Shown in pieces: positions 50,760-60,135 of a stretch of 64,000 bases of DNA; the stretch's first letter is position 1, and each line of letters opens with the position of its first letter. The notes beneath the pieces were generated by a model, which saw nothing but the letters and a program-made list of their open reading frames with translations, searched no databases and was not told where the DNA came from. The stretch lies in the NCBI GenBank assembly GCA_965242865.1, contig CBDETK010000013.1, positions 2,624,001-2,688,000 on the forward strand, in the 5' to 3' direction. Source of the stretch: Candidatus Latescibacterota bacterium (GTDB taxonomy: Bacteria; Latescibacterota; UBA2968; UBA8231). A program made the position numbers and the translations under genes.

Positions 50760-50844
50760 TGTAATTTTGAACCGCTACTTCAAATTATCGTGTAATTTTG
50801 AACCGCTACTTCAAATTTACACGTTAATTTTAAGTCCATGTACA
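50760..50844 (+). repeat. orphan copy of the DUF4143 gene leader (two palindromes + ATGTACA)
   Basis: 85-bp match to 56801-56885 with about 4 substitutions. Confidence 0.95.
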
Positions 50845-50886
50845 TATCCTCGCCTAAGATGCTGATCGGAGCGGATTATTCAAACG

Positions 50887-50990
50887 CTAAGTCGCCGCTT
50901 CCGACGAAGCCTCAATGCGTCCGGCGATCCACTCTTGAAGCAGCTTCACATCAGAGATACCACGCGACTTGGCAAGTTCCTTTGAGGGGG
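50887..50990 (-). pseudogene. CopG/RHH antitoxin-like C-terminal fragment
   Basis: KELAKSRGISDVKLLQEWIAGRI*-type tail. Confidence 0.4.
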
Positions 50991-51110
50991 CCGCCCTGAC
51001 CTTAGTTGATTTTGCCGTAGTCCGCCGAAAAGCCGAAATCTTCGGCCACCTACAAGACTCGTCAAATTGCTGTGCGCCGAGTGTGCAACCAAGCCGAACC
51101 ACTCGCACGA
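50991..51110 (+). repeat. degenerate copy of the 3' end of the tandem AAA+ gene (46998-47127)
   Basis: GATTTyGCCGTAGTCCGCCGAAArGCCGAAATCyTCGGCCACCTrCAAGAC..CCAAGCCGAACCAC shared, with a 9-bp deletion. Confidence 0.9.
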
Positions 51111-51118
51111 CCCGTTGC

Positions 51119-53278
51119 TCAGAGAATGGGGGACTCTGATTGTTTTAGCAATCCGTCAATCTGCTCGCGGTCCTTGAGTTCCTCGCTAGGTGTGTAGCCG
51201 GGCCATAGCTGTCTGTAGAGCGACGCGACGTAATCCTCGGTCTCCAAGGGCAACTTTCGCTTGCTAGCTACTAAGGCGAACAACTTCAATTCCAAAATTT
51301 TGTAGACACGGTCATGTTCTTTCAGCGACAACGCGGAGATCGCTATCGCGGTCTGCTCTGCTTCATCGATTGCGTCTAACAAGAGCCATAGCTGACCCCA
51401 AAACCGCAACGTTTTAAGGTCGAATTGCCCTCCATCGCCAAAACGCTCCGAGGCGGCGTGGATGAATTCTGTGGTGATCATCTCGTCGTAGTGTGCATCC
51501 GTCCCACCTTCGCGAGAACTCTTGAGACTTCGCTGCTCAAGCAGAGCCCATAAGGCAAGAGGCTCGACTCCTAAGTGCCGTACTCGATCCAGTAGCCATG
51601 CGTCGTTTGGCTCGCCAAACTCGATGACAAAGCGGGCCGCAAGCTCCGATGCGACCGAGGCTGCGGGATGGCTAGGAAGGTGTTGTCCGGCGAAATGGCA
51701 GTGGTCCCACAGGATCTCGGCGAGAGTGCGGACCGATACAGGATTGATCGTGTGGCCGAGTTCGTTTATTACTGGGATTGCGTGGAGTGCGACCAAGAAC
51801 CAATGTTGCGCTGCTCGGTCAGCATAGATGAACGCTTCATAATTATCCTCAGTATCCCATACACTCAGCGGCAACTCCCGGCACTGAGCCGAGACCCACT
51901 CCGGCAAATCAAGCTCCTCGTGAGACAGCACAAGGGCTATGCCGAGACTGCTGAACCACTCGCGTTGGTGCCAGGCACGCCAGTCCAAAAATAGATGATT
52001 CTGTTCCAACTGCTTGGCAATGTGCTGACCGTGCAAGTCGAAAGCCACTTGGGCGATCTCAGCGGCCCTCGCAGAATCGTCTTCGCGGATCAACCAAGCA
52101 ACATCCGCAATGTGACGGGTCCAAGTCGTTCGAGGAGTCAGGCATAGGCCAGCCCTAAGTTCGTCAAGCAGATTGTCGGACCATGACTGGCAAACGAGGC
52201 GTGAGAGTAGTTCCGTACATGCCCTCTCAAGTTGTTCAATCCGGGGCGGCTTCTCATGGCTCCCGCGTTGATTCAGCCCGTAAGGGGCATTGCTGAGCAC
52301 CTCGCCGACCCAGCGTACGCACACAAGAGGATCAAGCACGGCTAGCCGATCAACTAAGTCTTTAAGGAGAGCGGCAGCGGCGGCATCAAGGTCATCCTGA
52401 GGAAGGCAGAGTTCGGTTCTCCAGCTATATCGATCTATACCCATACCCATTTCACCCATTCGATCTGAGTATCGAAGGTCTTCGTCCAACTTATTGACGG
52501 TGTTCAGCGTATGTACGATCGCAAGCGCAACCAAGGCATCGCATGAATCCTTAGTGATCCACTCTAGGGTCTGACGATGGTTCAAGGAAAGGTCCGCGGC
52601 GGTCATGCGGTTGGCCGCCCGTGCCTGAATCACCGGATGATCGAGCTCCTCAATCAGGGTTTCAAAATGCTTGGGCCGCAACTTGATGACGAGTTCGAGC
52701 AGATTGCCCACGGCAGGATAGATCTCTAGAAAGCCATGGTTGTCTAGGTGCTGAAAAGTTTCTAGCCTTCCTTCGCGCTTTATAGAATCTTTCAGGATTT
52801 TAGCATTGACAGAATCTTGTGCAGTAAAGCCGGGGCAACGGGCCACATCGAGAATCTGGTCTTGATCGCAGAGCTTTTTCAACACCGTAAGTGTCGCCTC
52901 AACCAAAGAGTTAATCTCCTGAGAGGACCAGCGGCAACGAATGAGACGTACTGCTAGGTCAACGTCAATCGAGCCGACAGCCCAGATTGCAATCTTCCCG
53001 CGCTCGGTCCGGATCTCCTCTAGGATCAGGGCTGCAACTGGCTCGAACAATTCAGACTTGAGCAATGGTCGATCCCCATACGACTCAAACCAACCACGGA
53101 TCTCCGTGATGGCTCGATCCTGCTCTATAGAAGAAATAACATACTTTCTAGTGATTGGCTCGATCAGTTCGTAAGTCGACTGCCCCGTTAAGGGAGATTC
53201 ACCCGAGCCGAAGATCCGCCAAATAACGGCTTTTGCGCTGTCAGGCAGGGAAATACTAGGTATGCTGTTGCTGACCAT
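51119..53278 (-). CDS. hypothetical 719-aa, likely alpha-helical protein
   Basis: Long ORF, TGATG-coupled to the upstream HTH-PLD gene; no motif recognised. Confidence 0.8.
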   Translation of the reverse strand: MVSNSIPSISLPDSAKAVIWRIFGSGESPLTGQSTYELIEPITRKYVISSIEQDRAITEIRGWFESYGDRPLLKSELFEPVAALILEEIRTERGKIAIWAVGSIDVDLAVRLIRCRWSSQEINSLVEATLTVLKKLCDQDQILDVARCPGFTAQDSVNAKILKDSIKREGRLETFQHLDNHGFLEIYPAVGNLLELVIKLRPKHFETLIEELDHPVIQARAANRMTAADLSLNHRQTLEWITKDSCDALVALAIVHTLNTVNKLDEDLRYSDRMGEMGMGIDRYSWRTELCLPQDDLDAAAAALLKDLVDRLAVLDPLVCVRWVGEVLSNAPYGLNQRGSHEKPPRIEQLERACTELLSRLVCQSWSDNLLDELRAGLCLTPRTTWTRHIADVAWLIREDDSARAAEIAQVAFDLHGQHIAKQLEQNHLFLDWRAWHQREWFSSLGIALVLSHEELDLPEWVSAQCRELPLSVWDTEDNYEAFIYADRAAQHWFLVALHAIPVINELGHTINPVSVRTLAEILWDHCHFAGQHLPSHPAASVASELAARFVIEFGEPNDAWLLDRVRHLGVEPLALWALLEQRSLKSSREGGTDAHYDEMITTEFIHAASERFGDGGQFDLKTLRFWGQLWLLLDAIDEAEQTAIAISALSLKEHDRVYKILELKLFALVASKRKLPLETEDYVASLYRQLWPGYTPSEELKDREQIDGLLKQSESPIL

Positions 53279-54987
53279 CAGGCGATCTCCTTAACAAAAC
53301 AGTTTGTGTTCTTGGATCCGATGACCATTGACCACAGCGACTCCGCCTCGGCGCGATACACACCGTAGGGGTGGCTAGAAAAGGTAACCCCCTCCTTATG
53401 CCAACCATTAAAGGAATGGGTGATGACGATCTCGCGTTTGGGCATTATCAAGTAACGATCGTGAAACCCAGGACCTTCCGAATTCTGTTCGAGGAACACG
53501 CGAATATTAACATGACTCGTTAGTTGGTCGGGGAGATTCGACCACCATGTACTCCACCATGTGACTTTCGCCTCTTTCGCGCATAGGATTCGCAACGGCC
53601 TGCCATTGGTGGCTTCGAATATATTAAGGTATAGCTTCTTAAGATTGTCTCTCTCCGGTTTGGGTATGTCCATGAAGTAGGGGTCGGCAAGATAAATCGG
53701 TGCCGTTTGATCGGCATCTTGACGCAGAAGATAGGTAAAGTGCTGGATAGCCCGCTCGAATTCCACGGGTCTAAAACGCACGAGATTACCCTCTCGGCGT
53801 GCGATATTCTCCCGCTCGTAAACCTGACGATCAAGCCATTGTCGTCGGATTCCTCTGTCGAGTTCGGCACTGTCTTGGTCAGTTTGGACGTTGATTGTGG
53901 AGACGAAACCTGATGGATTGACCTCGTGGGTGAAGCTGCTTTTGCGTTCGCGGAGCTGCAGCGTTGGGCCGGACTTGATCTCCATGCGAATACCGACCTC
54001 CATGAGCAGAAACGCCTCCATCAAGTCGACACACTGTCCGTCAGCAGTCCGGAGAATCTCAAAGCCGATGTGATCAACATCCGATGCAAACTCAATCACC
54101 TTCTGGCCTAGAGTGACCGGAACTTCTCGTCGTAGCACCCGATCTCCACTGTGGCTAGCCCAGACCGTGGCTCGGTAGGCCCCGGACAGCAGTTCGTTCG
54201 CATCTACATGAAGCCTCAGCGTCCGGTTGCGATTCGCTGACAGATCACAAACAATTGCATCTTGGGCGGCGGCGATCATGAAGTTTCCAACCCGGTCTGG
54301 ACGGCGGTTGAGTGGGAAGCCCAGACGTGCGAGTTGAGGTAAGGCTTTGTTCTGAAGTGATTCAAGGATCTCCAGCCAGCGTTTGCGAGGCTCCACCGTG
54401 AAGCTCCAGTACTCGATTATCTCCGCACTGTGTCTTGAGAAGGGGCTACGCATTGAAGCATCGGCGAGCGGGCGGTCATCTCGATAAGCCCAGTGGCGGC
54501 GAGGGATGGGTTCCAAGGCATATTGAATTTCAAGGTCATCAATCCCCAGCGTACCCGAATCCAAGATTTGACCAACCAATGTGTAGCAGCATTCCCACGA
54601 CGCTTCTAAGGAAAACAGTCGGAGTTCATGTCCAAGGTCGATACTCGACCAAGTCTCGTCCGGTTCGCCAGCCCAAGGCCCTAGCGCATCCTGACGTCGG
54701 TGGCGTATGAGCGTGAACAAGTTGCGAAGCGGTGCGCTCGGCGAATGCCACGCCAATACCGTCATCCGAGCGGTTCGGCTCTCCATAGCCCCCGTCGTCA
54801 CCGGGGCGCGAGCCGGTAAATTGAAGGAAAGCCCGCGCTCGTGCGCCCAACGCATTGCTTCGTCAAGTGACACGGACACATTGCGCCCTTCCCTTCGCAC
54901 GGCCAAGTGCCCTCGATGAATGTGTTGGCGAATGTAGGTCTCGCTCTTATCCACGGAACGGGCTAACTCTGCAATCGTAATATACAT
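53278..54987 (-). CDS. N-terminal HTH + C-terminal PLD-like nuclease domain protein (VPA1262-like)
   Basis: MYITIAELARSVDKSETYIRQHIHRGHL (excisionase-type HTH); IYLADPYF..FHDRYLI..ITHSFNG. Confidence 0.7.
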   Translation of the reverse strand: MYITIAELARSVDKSETYIRQHIHRGHLAVRREGRNVSVSLDEAMRWAHERGLSFNLPARAPVTTGAMESRTARMTVLAWHSPSAPLRNLFTLIRHRRQDALGPWAGEPDETWSSIDLGHELRLFSLEASWECCYTLVGQILDSGTLGIDDLEIQYALEPIPRRHWAYRDDRPLADASMRSPFSRHSAEIIEYWSFTVEPRKRWLEILESLQNKALPQLARLGFPLNRRPDRVGNFMIAAAQDAIVCDLSANRNRTLRLHVDANELLSGAYRATVWASHSGDRVLRREVPVTLGQKVIEFASDVDHIGFEILRTADGQCVDLMEAFLLMEVGIRMEIKSGPTLQLRERKSSFTHEVNPSGFVSTINVQTDQDSAELDRGIRRQWLDRQVYERENIARREGNLVRFRPVEFERAIQHFTYLLRQDADQTAPIYLADPYFMDIPKPERDNLKKLYLNIFEATNGRPLRILCAKEAKVTWWSTWWSNLPDQLTSHVNIRVFLEQNSEGPGFHDRYLIMPKREIVITHSFNGWHKEGVTFSSHPYGVYRAEAESLWSMVIGSKNTNCFVKEIA

Positions 54988-55015
54988 ATAGGCATCTCTC
55001 TGATAAGCGACAAGT

Positions 55016-55058
55016 GTAATTTACTAATGTAAATTACGATGTAACTACAATCTGTCAA
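55016..55058 (-). promoter_or_regulatory. sigma70-like promoter with overlapping inverted-repeat operator
   Basis: Minus strand TTGACA(55058-55053)-16 nt-TAATTT; perfect IR GTAATTTAC-TAAT-GTAAATTAC at 55016-55037. Confidence 0.6.
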
Positions 55059-55192
55059 GTCCCCAGTAGCCGAACGTGAATCGGGGCTTGCCGGTCTGGC
55101 CTGCTCGACGCGGATTGCCCCCACATAGTGTCGTCCGTCTTTCCTCACCAGCGGCCCAACCGATGATTTCCTCTTGATCATTAGCCAAAATC

Positions 55193-55205
55193 AGACATAT
55201 TGTCT
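55193..55205. promoter_or_regulatory. short inverted repeat upstream of abiEi
   Basis: AGACA-TAT-TGTCT; AbiEi proteins are known to autoregulate through promoter IRs. Confidence 0.35.
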
Positions 55206-55230
55206 CTATATGAAATTAAATGGAGTCAAT

Positions 55231-55836
55231 ATGTCTAGATCTAAGAAAAAACGTCCTGAAGAAATCTTCCGCAGGTACGGCGGCCAACTTCGGATGAGCG
55301 AGGCCATCGCACACGGGATTACACGCTACATGCTATATGCGCTCAAAGACAGGGGCGTCATCGAGCCGGTCAGCAGAGGCATCTATCGATTGCGGGAACT
55401 ACCTCCGCTCGGCAACCCTGATCTGGTCGCGGTGAGCCTTCGCTTCCCCAACGCCGTCGTTTGCCTCGTCTCTGCGCTGGCTCACCATAGCATCACGACT
55501 CAGATTCCCCATGAGATTTCTGTGGCGGTGCCAAGAGACTCGCGGGTTCCGTCACTCGACTATCCTCCCATCCGAGCCCACAGATTCTCGCAGGCAGCAT
55601 ACAAGTCCGGCATCGAAACGCCCCTAATTGATGGTGTGCCCGTTAAAATCTACCGTTGCGAGAAAACCCTAGCCGACTGCTTCAAGTTTCGCAACAAAAT
55701 TGGTATGGATGTGGCGCTAGAAGCGTTGAAGCTCCACCAGACGCGAAACGGGTTCAATCTCGGCGAACTGCTCAAATACGCCAGAATTTGTCGGGTAGAA
55801 AAGGTGATGTGGCCCTATTTAGAGGCACTGGTATGA
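55231..55836 (+). CDS. abiEi: type IV TA antitoxin AbiEi
   Basis: N-terminal wHTH (RGIYRL), VCLVSALAHH.ITTQIP, EKTLADCFKFRNKIG. Confidence 0.9.
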   Translation: MSRSKKKRPEEIFRRYGGQLRMSEAIAHGITRYMLYALKDRGVIEPVSRGIYRLRELPPLGNPDLVAVSLRFPNAVVCLVSALAHHSITTQIPHEISVAVPRDSRVPSLDYPPIRAHRFSQAAYKSGIETPLIDGVPVKIYRCEKTLADCFKFRNKIGMDVALEALKLHQTRNGFNLGELLKYARICRVEKVMWPYLEALV

Positions 55837-56735
55837 CGTCTCCTCGCAATGCGTCCGCGTCTGTCCGGCAACGCCTCCTCAATCGGGCCAGAAGTGAACG
55901 ACGGCCATTTAACGAAATGCTTCAATACTTCGCCATGGAGCGATTCCTCTACCGGCTATCCCAATCCGCTCATGCCCATCGATTTGTGCTCAAGGGCGCG
56001 TTGATGCTGAGGGTTTGGGACTCACCGGAATTCCGTCCGACCATGGACATCGACTTACTTGGCAGGACTCGCAACGAAGAAGCCGATATCGTCTCTCAGA
56101 TGCGGGACATCCTAATGGTCAATGTGGAAACGGACGGACTTGCGTTCGATCCGGATTCTATCCACACCGAGCGGATCACCGAAGGCGCGGATTACGACGG
56201 GATCAGAATTCGGTTCCTAGGCGTATTGGGATCCGCGATAATTCACATGCAGATCGACATTGGCTTCGGTGATGTCGTGTATCCCGAACCGAAAGAGTTG
56301 GATTTTCCGACCATATTGAACTTCTCGGCACCGCGATTGTTCTGTTACAGCCGCGAGAGTTCCATCTCGGAGAAGGTCGAAGCCATGGTCAAGCTAGGTA
56401 TGCTAAACAGCCGGATGAAGGATTTCTACGACATCTGGTTGCTGTCTCGGCAGTTCGACTTTGAGGGCCCCAAGTTGGTCCAAGCCATTCGGCGGACCTT
56501 TGAACGGCGAAGCACGGTGCTACCCGCGGAAATCGAGGCATTCTCTCAGTCTTTCATCGATGCCAAGCAGAGCCAATGGGCGGCGTTCCACAACAGGCTC
56601 CAGCAGGATCACGTGCCTGCCTCGTTCGGAGAAATTACGGCTTCGGTGAGTGGATTTCTGCGGCCCGTTGTCGCGGCTCTTTCCTCCGGGAACTCTAGGC
56701 CGACCGACTGGATCGCACCCGGCCCATGGACCTGA
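55833..56735 (+). CDS. abiEii: type IV TA nucleotidyltransferase toxin AbiEii
   Basis: ERFLYRLS, FVLKGA, RPTMDIDL, IDIGFGD, EKVEAM, SRMKDFYD; ATGA overlap. Confidence 0.92.
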   Translation: MTSPRNASASVRQRLLNRARSERRPFNEMLQYFAMERFLYRLSQSAHAHRFVLKGALMLRVWDSPEFRPTMDIDLLGRTRNEEADIVSQMRDILMVNVETDGLAFDPDSIHTERITEGADYDGIRIRFLGVLGSAIIHMQIDIGFGDVVYPEPKELDFPTILNFSAPRLFCYSRESSISEKVEAMVKLGMLNSRMKDFYDIWLLSRQFDFEGPKLVQAIRRTFERRSTVLPAEIEAFSQSFIDAKQSQWAAFHNRLQQDHVPASFGEITASVSGFLRPVVAALSSGNSRPTDWIAPGPWT

Positions 56736-56770
56736 GCCGGTATCCTTCCACCAAAGCAAGAAGACGTGTA

Positions 56771-56798
56771 CGTCGGATAGCTCCCGCGCTCGGGATAC
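56771..56798. repeat. 28-bp exact copy of an internal part of the relE/parE gene (48538-48565)
   Basis: CGTCGGATAGCTCCCGCGCTCGGGATAC at both positions. Confidence 0.92.
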
Positions 56799-56800
56799 GT

Positions 56801-56862
56801 TGTAATTTTGAACCGTTACTTCAAATTATCATGTAATTTTGAATCGCTATTTCAAATTTACA
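56801..56862. promoter_or_regulatory. two tandem 31-bp palindromes upstream of the DUF4143 ATPase
   Basis: TGTAATTTTGAA-N7-TTCAAATTATCA and TGTAATTTTGAA-N7-TTCAAATTTACA. Confidence 0.7.
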
Positions 56863-56878
56863 CGTTAATTTTAAGTCC

Positions 56879-58033
56879 ATGTACAAACGATCGCTGGACC
56901 TCCCCGCGTCCGGCACCGAGACGTTTTTCCTCTGGGGGCCGCGACAGGCGGGCAAAAGCACCCTGCTAAAACACCAGTACGCCGACGGCCTGTGGCTCGA
57001 TCTCCTAAAGGCCGACGAGTTCAGACGGTACGTCGCCAACCCAGAGTTTTTGCGTCAAGAAATCGAGGCGACCGGGTTCGACGCCAGTCGCCAGATCGTC
57101 ATTGACGAGATTCAGAAAGTACCGGCCCTGCTCGACGAGGTGCATTGGCTGCTCGAAAACCGAGGGTTGAGCTTCGCCCTTTGCGGCTCCAGTGCCCGCA
57201 AGGTGCGGCGCGGAGGGGCCAACCTGCTCGGCGGGCGAGCCGTGCGCTATCAACTGCACGGGCTGACGGCGCGGGAACTCGGCTCAGACTTTGACCTCAC
57301 CCGGCTCCTCAACCACGGCTACCTGCCCCGGATGTACGCCAACGCCCGTCCCGCCCGGTTGCTCGACGCGTATGTCGCCGACTATCTCAAGGAGGAAATC
57401 GCGGCCGAAGGACTGGTCCGCAACTTGCCCGCGTTTGCCGGGTTTTTGAACGCGGCCGCTCTAGGCGATACCGAAATGGTCAACTTCTCCAATATCGCAC
57501 GGGAGTGCGGCGTCTCCAGTCACACGGCGAGAGGCTACTACGAGATTCTCGAAGACGCGCTGCTCGGACGCTGGTTGCCCGCCTTCCGCCGGCGTCCCAA
57601 GCGGCGAGTGGTTGCCGCGCCTAAGTTCTACTTTGCGGATGTCGGAGTGGTCAACCGCCTCGCCCGCCGAGGGCAACTGCTGGTAGGGTCGGCTCTATAC
57701 GGCAAGGCATTTGAGAACTGGGTGTTCCACGAGTTGGCCGCGTTTGCCGACTATCAAGCATTCGATGGCGATCTAACGTATTGGCGTCTAGCCGGCGGGA
57801 CCGAGGTTGATTTCATCTTGGGCGACATGCAGCTAGCGGTTGAAGCCAAGGCGAGCAATCCCATCGTCAGCAACCACTTGAAAGGGCTGCGTAGCCTAGT
57901 GAAGGATCATCCGGGCGTCGGCCGGCGAGTTGTCGCGTGCCTTGAACCCCGCGCCCGGCGCACTGACGACGGGATCGACATCCTGCCCGCAGCCACCTTC
58001 GTCCAAATGCTCTGGCGCGGCGACCTCGCCTAA
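56879..58033 (+). CDS. AAA_14 ATPase with DUF4143 (wHTH and PD-(D/E)XK-like tail)
   Basis: GPRQAGKS, IDEIQKVP, LCGSS, KFYFADVG, AFENWV, EVDFIL..AVEAK. Confidence 0.92.
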   Translation: MYKRSLDLPASGTETFFLWGPRQAGKSTLLKHQYADGLWLDLLKADEFRRYVANPEFLRQEIEATGFDASRQIVIDEIQKVPALLDEVHWLLENRGLSFALCGSSARKVRRGGANLLGGRAVRYQLHGLTARELGSDFDLTRLLNHGYLPRMYANARPARLLDAYVADYLKEEIAAEGLVRNLPAFAGFLNAAALGDTEMVNFSNIARECGVSSHTARGYYEILEDALLGRWLPAFRRRPKRRVVAAPKFYFADVGVVNRLARRGQLLVGSALYGKAFENWVFHELAAFADYQAFDGDLTYWRLAGGTEVDFILGDMQLAVEAKASNPIVSNHLKGLRSLVKDHPGVGRRVVACLEPRARRTDDGIDILPAATFVQMLWRGDLA

Positions 58034-58713
58034 GCTCGCCGCTTCCATACATCCGCGGCTTGCTGGCTCTCCACTTGCACGAGCCGCGCTTCTTCAAGCA
58101 CATAACCGCTGAGGGGGCCGCCGTAGATGCAGCCCGAGTCGAGGCCGAGGAGATAGGGGCGGCCCGCGCGCTTTTTAAGCACCAAGCCGCCGGGCGCGTC
58201 ATGGCCAAAGACGAGCAGGGGATGCGTCGGCTCGTAGAAATCGTGCCACCGCGGGCCGGAAAGATCGCGGGTGGGCGGCCAAGTGCGGATTTTCAGGAAT
58301 TCGGCGCGGCGAGTGCCTCGCAAGTCCTTTTGCGGGTGGATGCCCGCGTGGACGAGGAGAAAGGCGTCTTCCGCGATGTAGAGCGGGCACTGCCGGAGCC
58401 AAGCGAGAATTTCGCCGTGGACGGGCTGGAGCTGGGCGCGGGTATAGCCTTGATCGGCAAACTTCTCTTTGGGCTTGCGGCCCTTGGCCTGAGCGGTTAG
58501 CTGCTTCAAGAGACGGGCGTCGTGATTGCCCAACACCATCTCGGCCCCGGTATCGCGGATCAACTGCCACACCGCTAGCGGGTCGGGGCCGCGAGAAAAA
58601 GCATCGCCGGTCAGCAACAGGCGATCCCGGGCCGCGTCGTAGTCTGCTTTTGCCAGCAGGGCTGCAAGCTCGGCCGCGCAGCCGTGGATGTCGCCGACGA
58701 AAATAGTACGCAT
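58030..58713 (-). CDS. metallophosphoesterase (ApaH/PPP-like)
   Basis: GDIHG, GDAFSRG, GNHD, VHAG, FGH, LDSGC.YGG.L. Confidence 0.92.
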   Translation of the reverse strand: MRTIFVGDIHGCAAELAALLAKADYDAARDRLLLTGDAFSRGPDPLAVWQLIRDTGAEMVLGNHDARLLKQLTAQAKGRKPKEKFADQGYTRAQLQPVHGEILAWLRQCPLYIAEDAFLLVHAGIHPQKDLRGTRRAEFLKIRTWPPTRDLSGPRWHDFYEPTHPLLVFGHDAPGGLVLKKRAGRPYLLGLDSGCIYGGPLSGYVLEEARLVQVESQQAADVWKRRA

Positions 58714-58781
58714 TAGATTTTCCTAGATTGCATTGCGGAAGGGCAAACCCTATCATACTCACCACCTCAAGATAGCCCCTG

Positions 58782-60122
58782 ATGGAAACTGCGACCACAC
58801 TCACCCCTGCTCCGGCGTCTTGCCACGTAATGGCCAAGCCTTCGGGCTCGGTCTGCAACATCGACTGCAAGTACTGCTTCTATCTGGAGAAGGAAAAGCT
58901 CTACCCGGACGCGCACAAAAATTGGCGCATGTCCGACGAGACGCTCGAACTCTACGTCAAGCAGTACATCGAGGCCCAAGATGTGCCGCAGGTAGATTTT
59001 GCTTGGCAGGGCGGCGAGCCGACCCTAATGGGCGTGGACTTTTTCCGCCGTGCGGTCCAGCTACAGCAGCAGTACGCCAACGGCAAGCTGGTCACCAACG
59101 CCTTCCAGACCAACGGCATCCTCCTCAACGACGAGTGGGGCGAGTTCCTCGCCGAAAACAAATTCCTAGTCGGGCTGTCGATTGACGGGCCGCGCCCGTT
59201 CCACGACCGCTACCGAGTTGACAAGGGGCAAAAGCCAACGTACGACCGAGTGTATGCCGGCTTGCAAATGCTCAAAAAGCACGCGGTGGAATTCAATACC
59301 CTGACCGTGCTACAAAACCACAACGCCGATCATCCGCTCGAAGTCTATCGCTTCCTGCGCCAAGAGGGCTCGGGGTTTATGCAGTTTATTCCCATCGTCG
59401 AGCGCGTCGCCCACGAGCCAGACGACGATGGGCTGGAATTAGTCGATCCCGACTACGAGGGCCGGGCGCCGGTTTCCAAGTGGTCGGTGGGGCCGGGGCA
59501 GTACGGCAAGTTCCTCTGCGCGATCTTTGACGAGTGGGTGCGCCACGACGTCGGCCAAGTCTTTGTGCAGCTCTTTGACGTGACCCTCGGCTCGTGGCTG
59601 GGCCAAGACGCGAGCCTGTGCATCTTTGCCGAGACCTGCGGCAAGGCCCTGATCATCGAGCACAACGGCGACCTGTACTCTTGCGACCACTTCGTGTACT
59701 CGGATTATCGGCTGGGCAACGTCCACGACGAGAGCATCCGCGATATGGTCGCCAGCCCGCAGCAGGCCCAGTTCGGGCAGGACAAAAAGGACGCGCTGCC
59801 CCAGTACTGCGTCGAATGCGATGTTCGCTTTGCCTGCAACGGCGGCTGCCCCAAGCACCGCTTTACCAAAACCCCGCGCGGCGAAGCCGGTCTCAACTAT
59901 CTGTGCAAAGGGTACAAGATGTACTTCGGGCACGTTGACCCTTACATGCGCTTTATGGCGCACGAATTGCGGCACGGCCGACCGGCCCTCGGTGTAATGG
60001 AATGGGCCAGAAACAGGGACGCGGTCAAGGCGGCCCTGCACCCAAAGACCCCCGGCCGCAACCGCCCGTGCTCCTGCGGCAGCGGCAAGAAGTACAAGCA
60101 CTGCTGTGGCCGGGCCGCATAA
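58782..60122 (+). CDS. anaerobic sulfatase maturase (radical SAM/SPASM) with C-terminal SEC-C motif
   Basis: CNIDCKYC, WQGGEPTL, GDLYSCDHF, CxxC..CNGGCPK, GRNRPCSCGSGKKYKHCC. Confidence 0.95.
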   Translation: METATTLTPAPASCHVMAKPSGSVCNIDCKYCFYLEKEKLYPDAHKNWRMSDETLELYVKQYIEAQDVPQVDFAWQGGEPTLMGVDFFRRAVQLQQQYANGKLVTNAFQTNGILLNDEWGEFLAENKFLVGLSIDGPRPFHDRYRVDKGQKPTYDRVYAGLQMLKKHAVEFNTLTVLQNHNADHPLEVYRFLRQEGSGFMQFIPIVERVAHEPDDDGLELVDPDYEGRAPVSKWSVGPGQYGKFLCAIFDEWVRHDVGQVFVQLFDVTLGSWLGQDASLCIFAETCGKALIIEHNGDLYSCDHFVYSDYRLGNVHDESIRDMVASPQQAQFGQDKKDALPQYCVECDVRFACNGGCPKHRFTKTPRGEAGLNYLCKGYKMYFGHVDPYMRFMAHELRHGRPALGVMEWARNRDAVKAALHPKTPGRNRPCSCGSGKKYKHCCGRAA

Positions 60123-60135
60123 CCGAAAGGCAACC

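Noticed and set aside
50760-50821. 31-bp tandem palindromes as a mini-CRISPR
   Set aside because: Adjacent copies with no spacer; located at a gene leader
43058-56800. Prophage, ICE or classical integron
   Set aside because: No integrase, phage structural or conjugation genes, and no recognisable attC sites
60040-60122. SEC-C motif fused to the sulfatase maturase
   Set aside because: SEC-C tails on such proteins are already known; not novel
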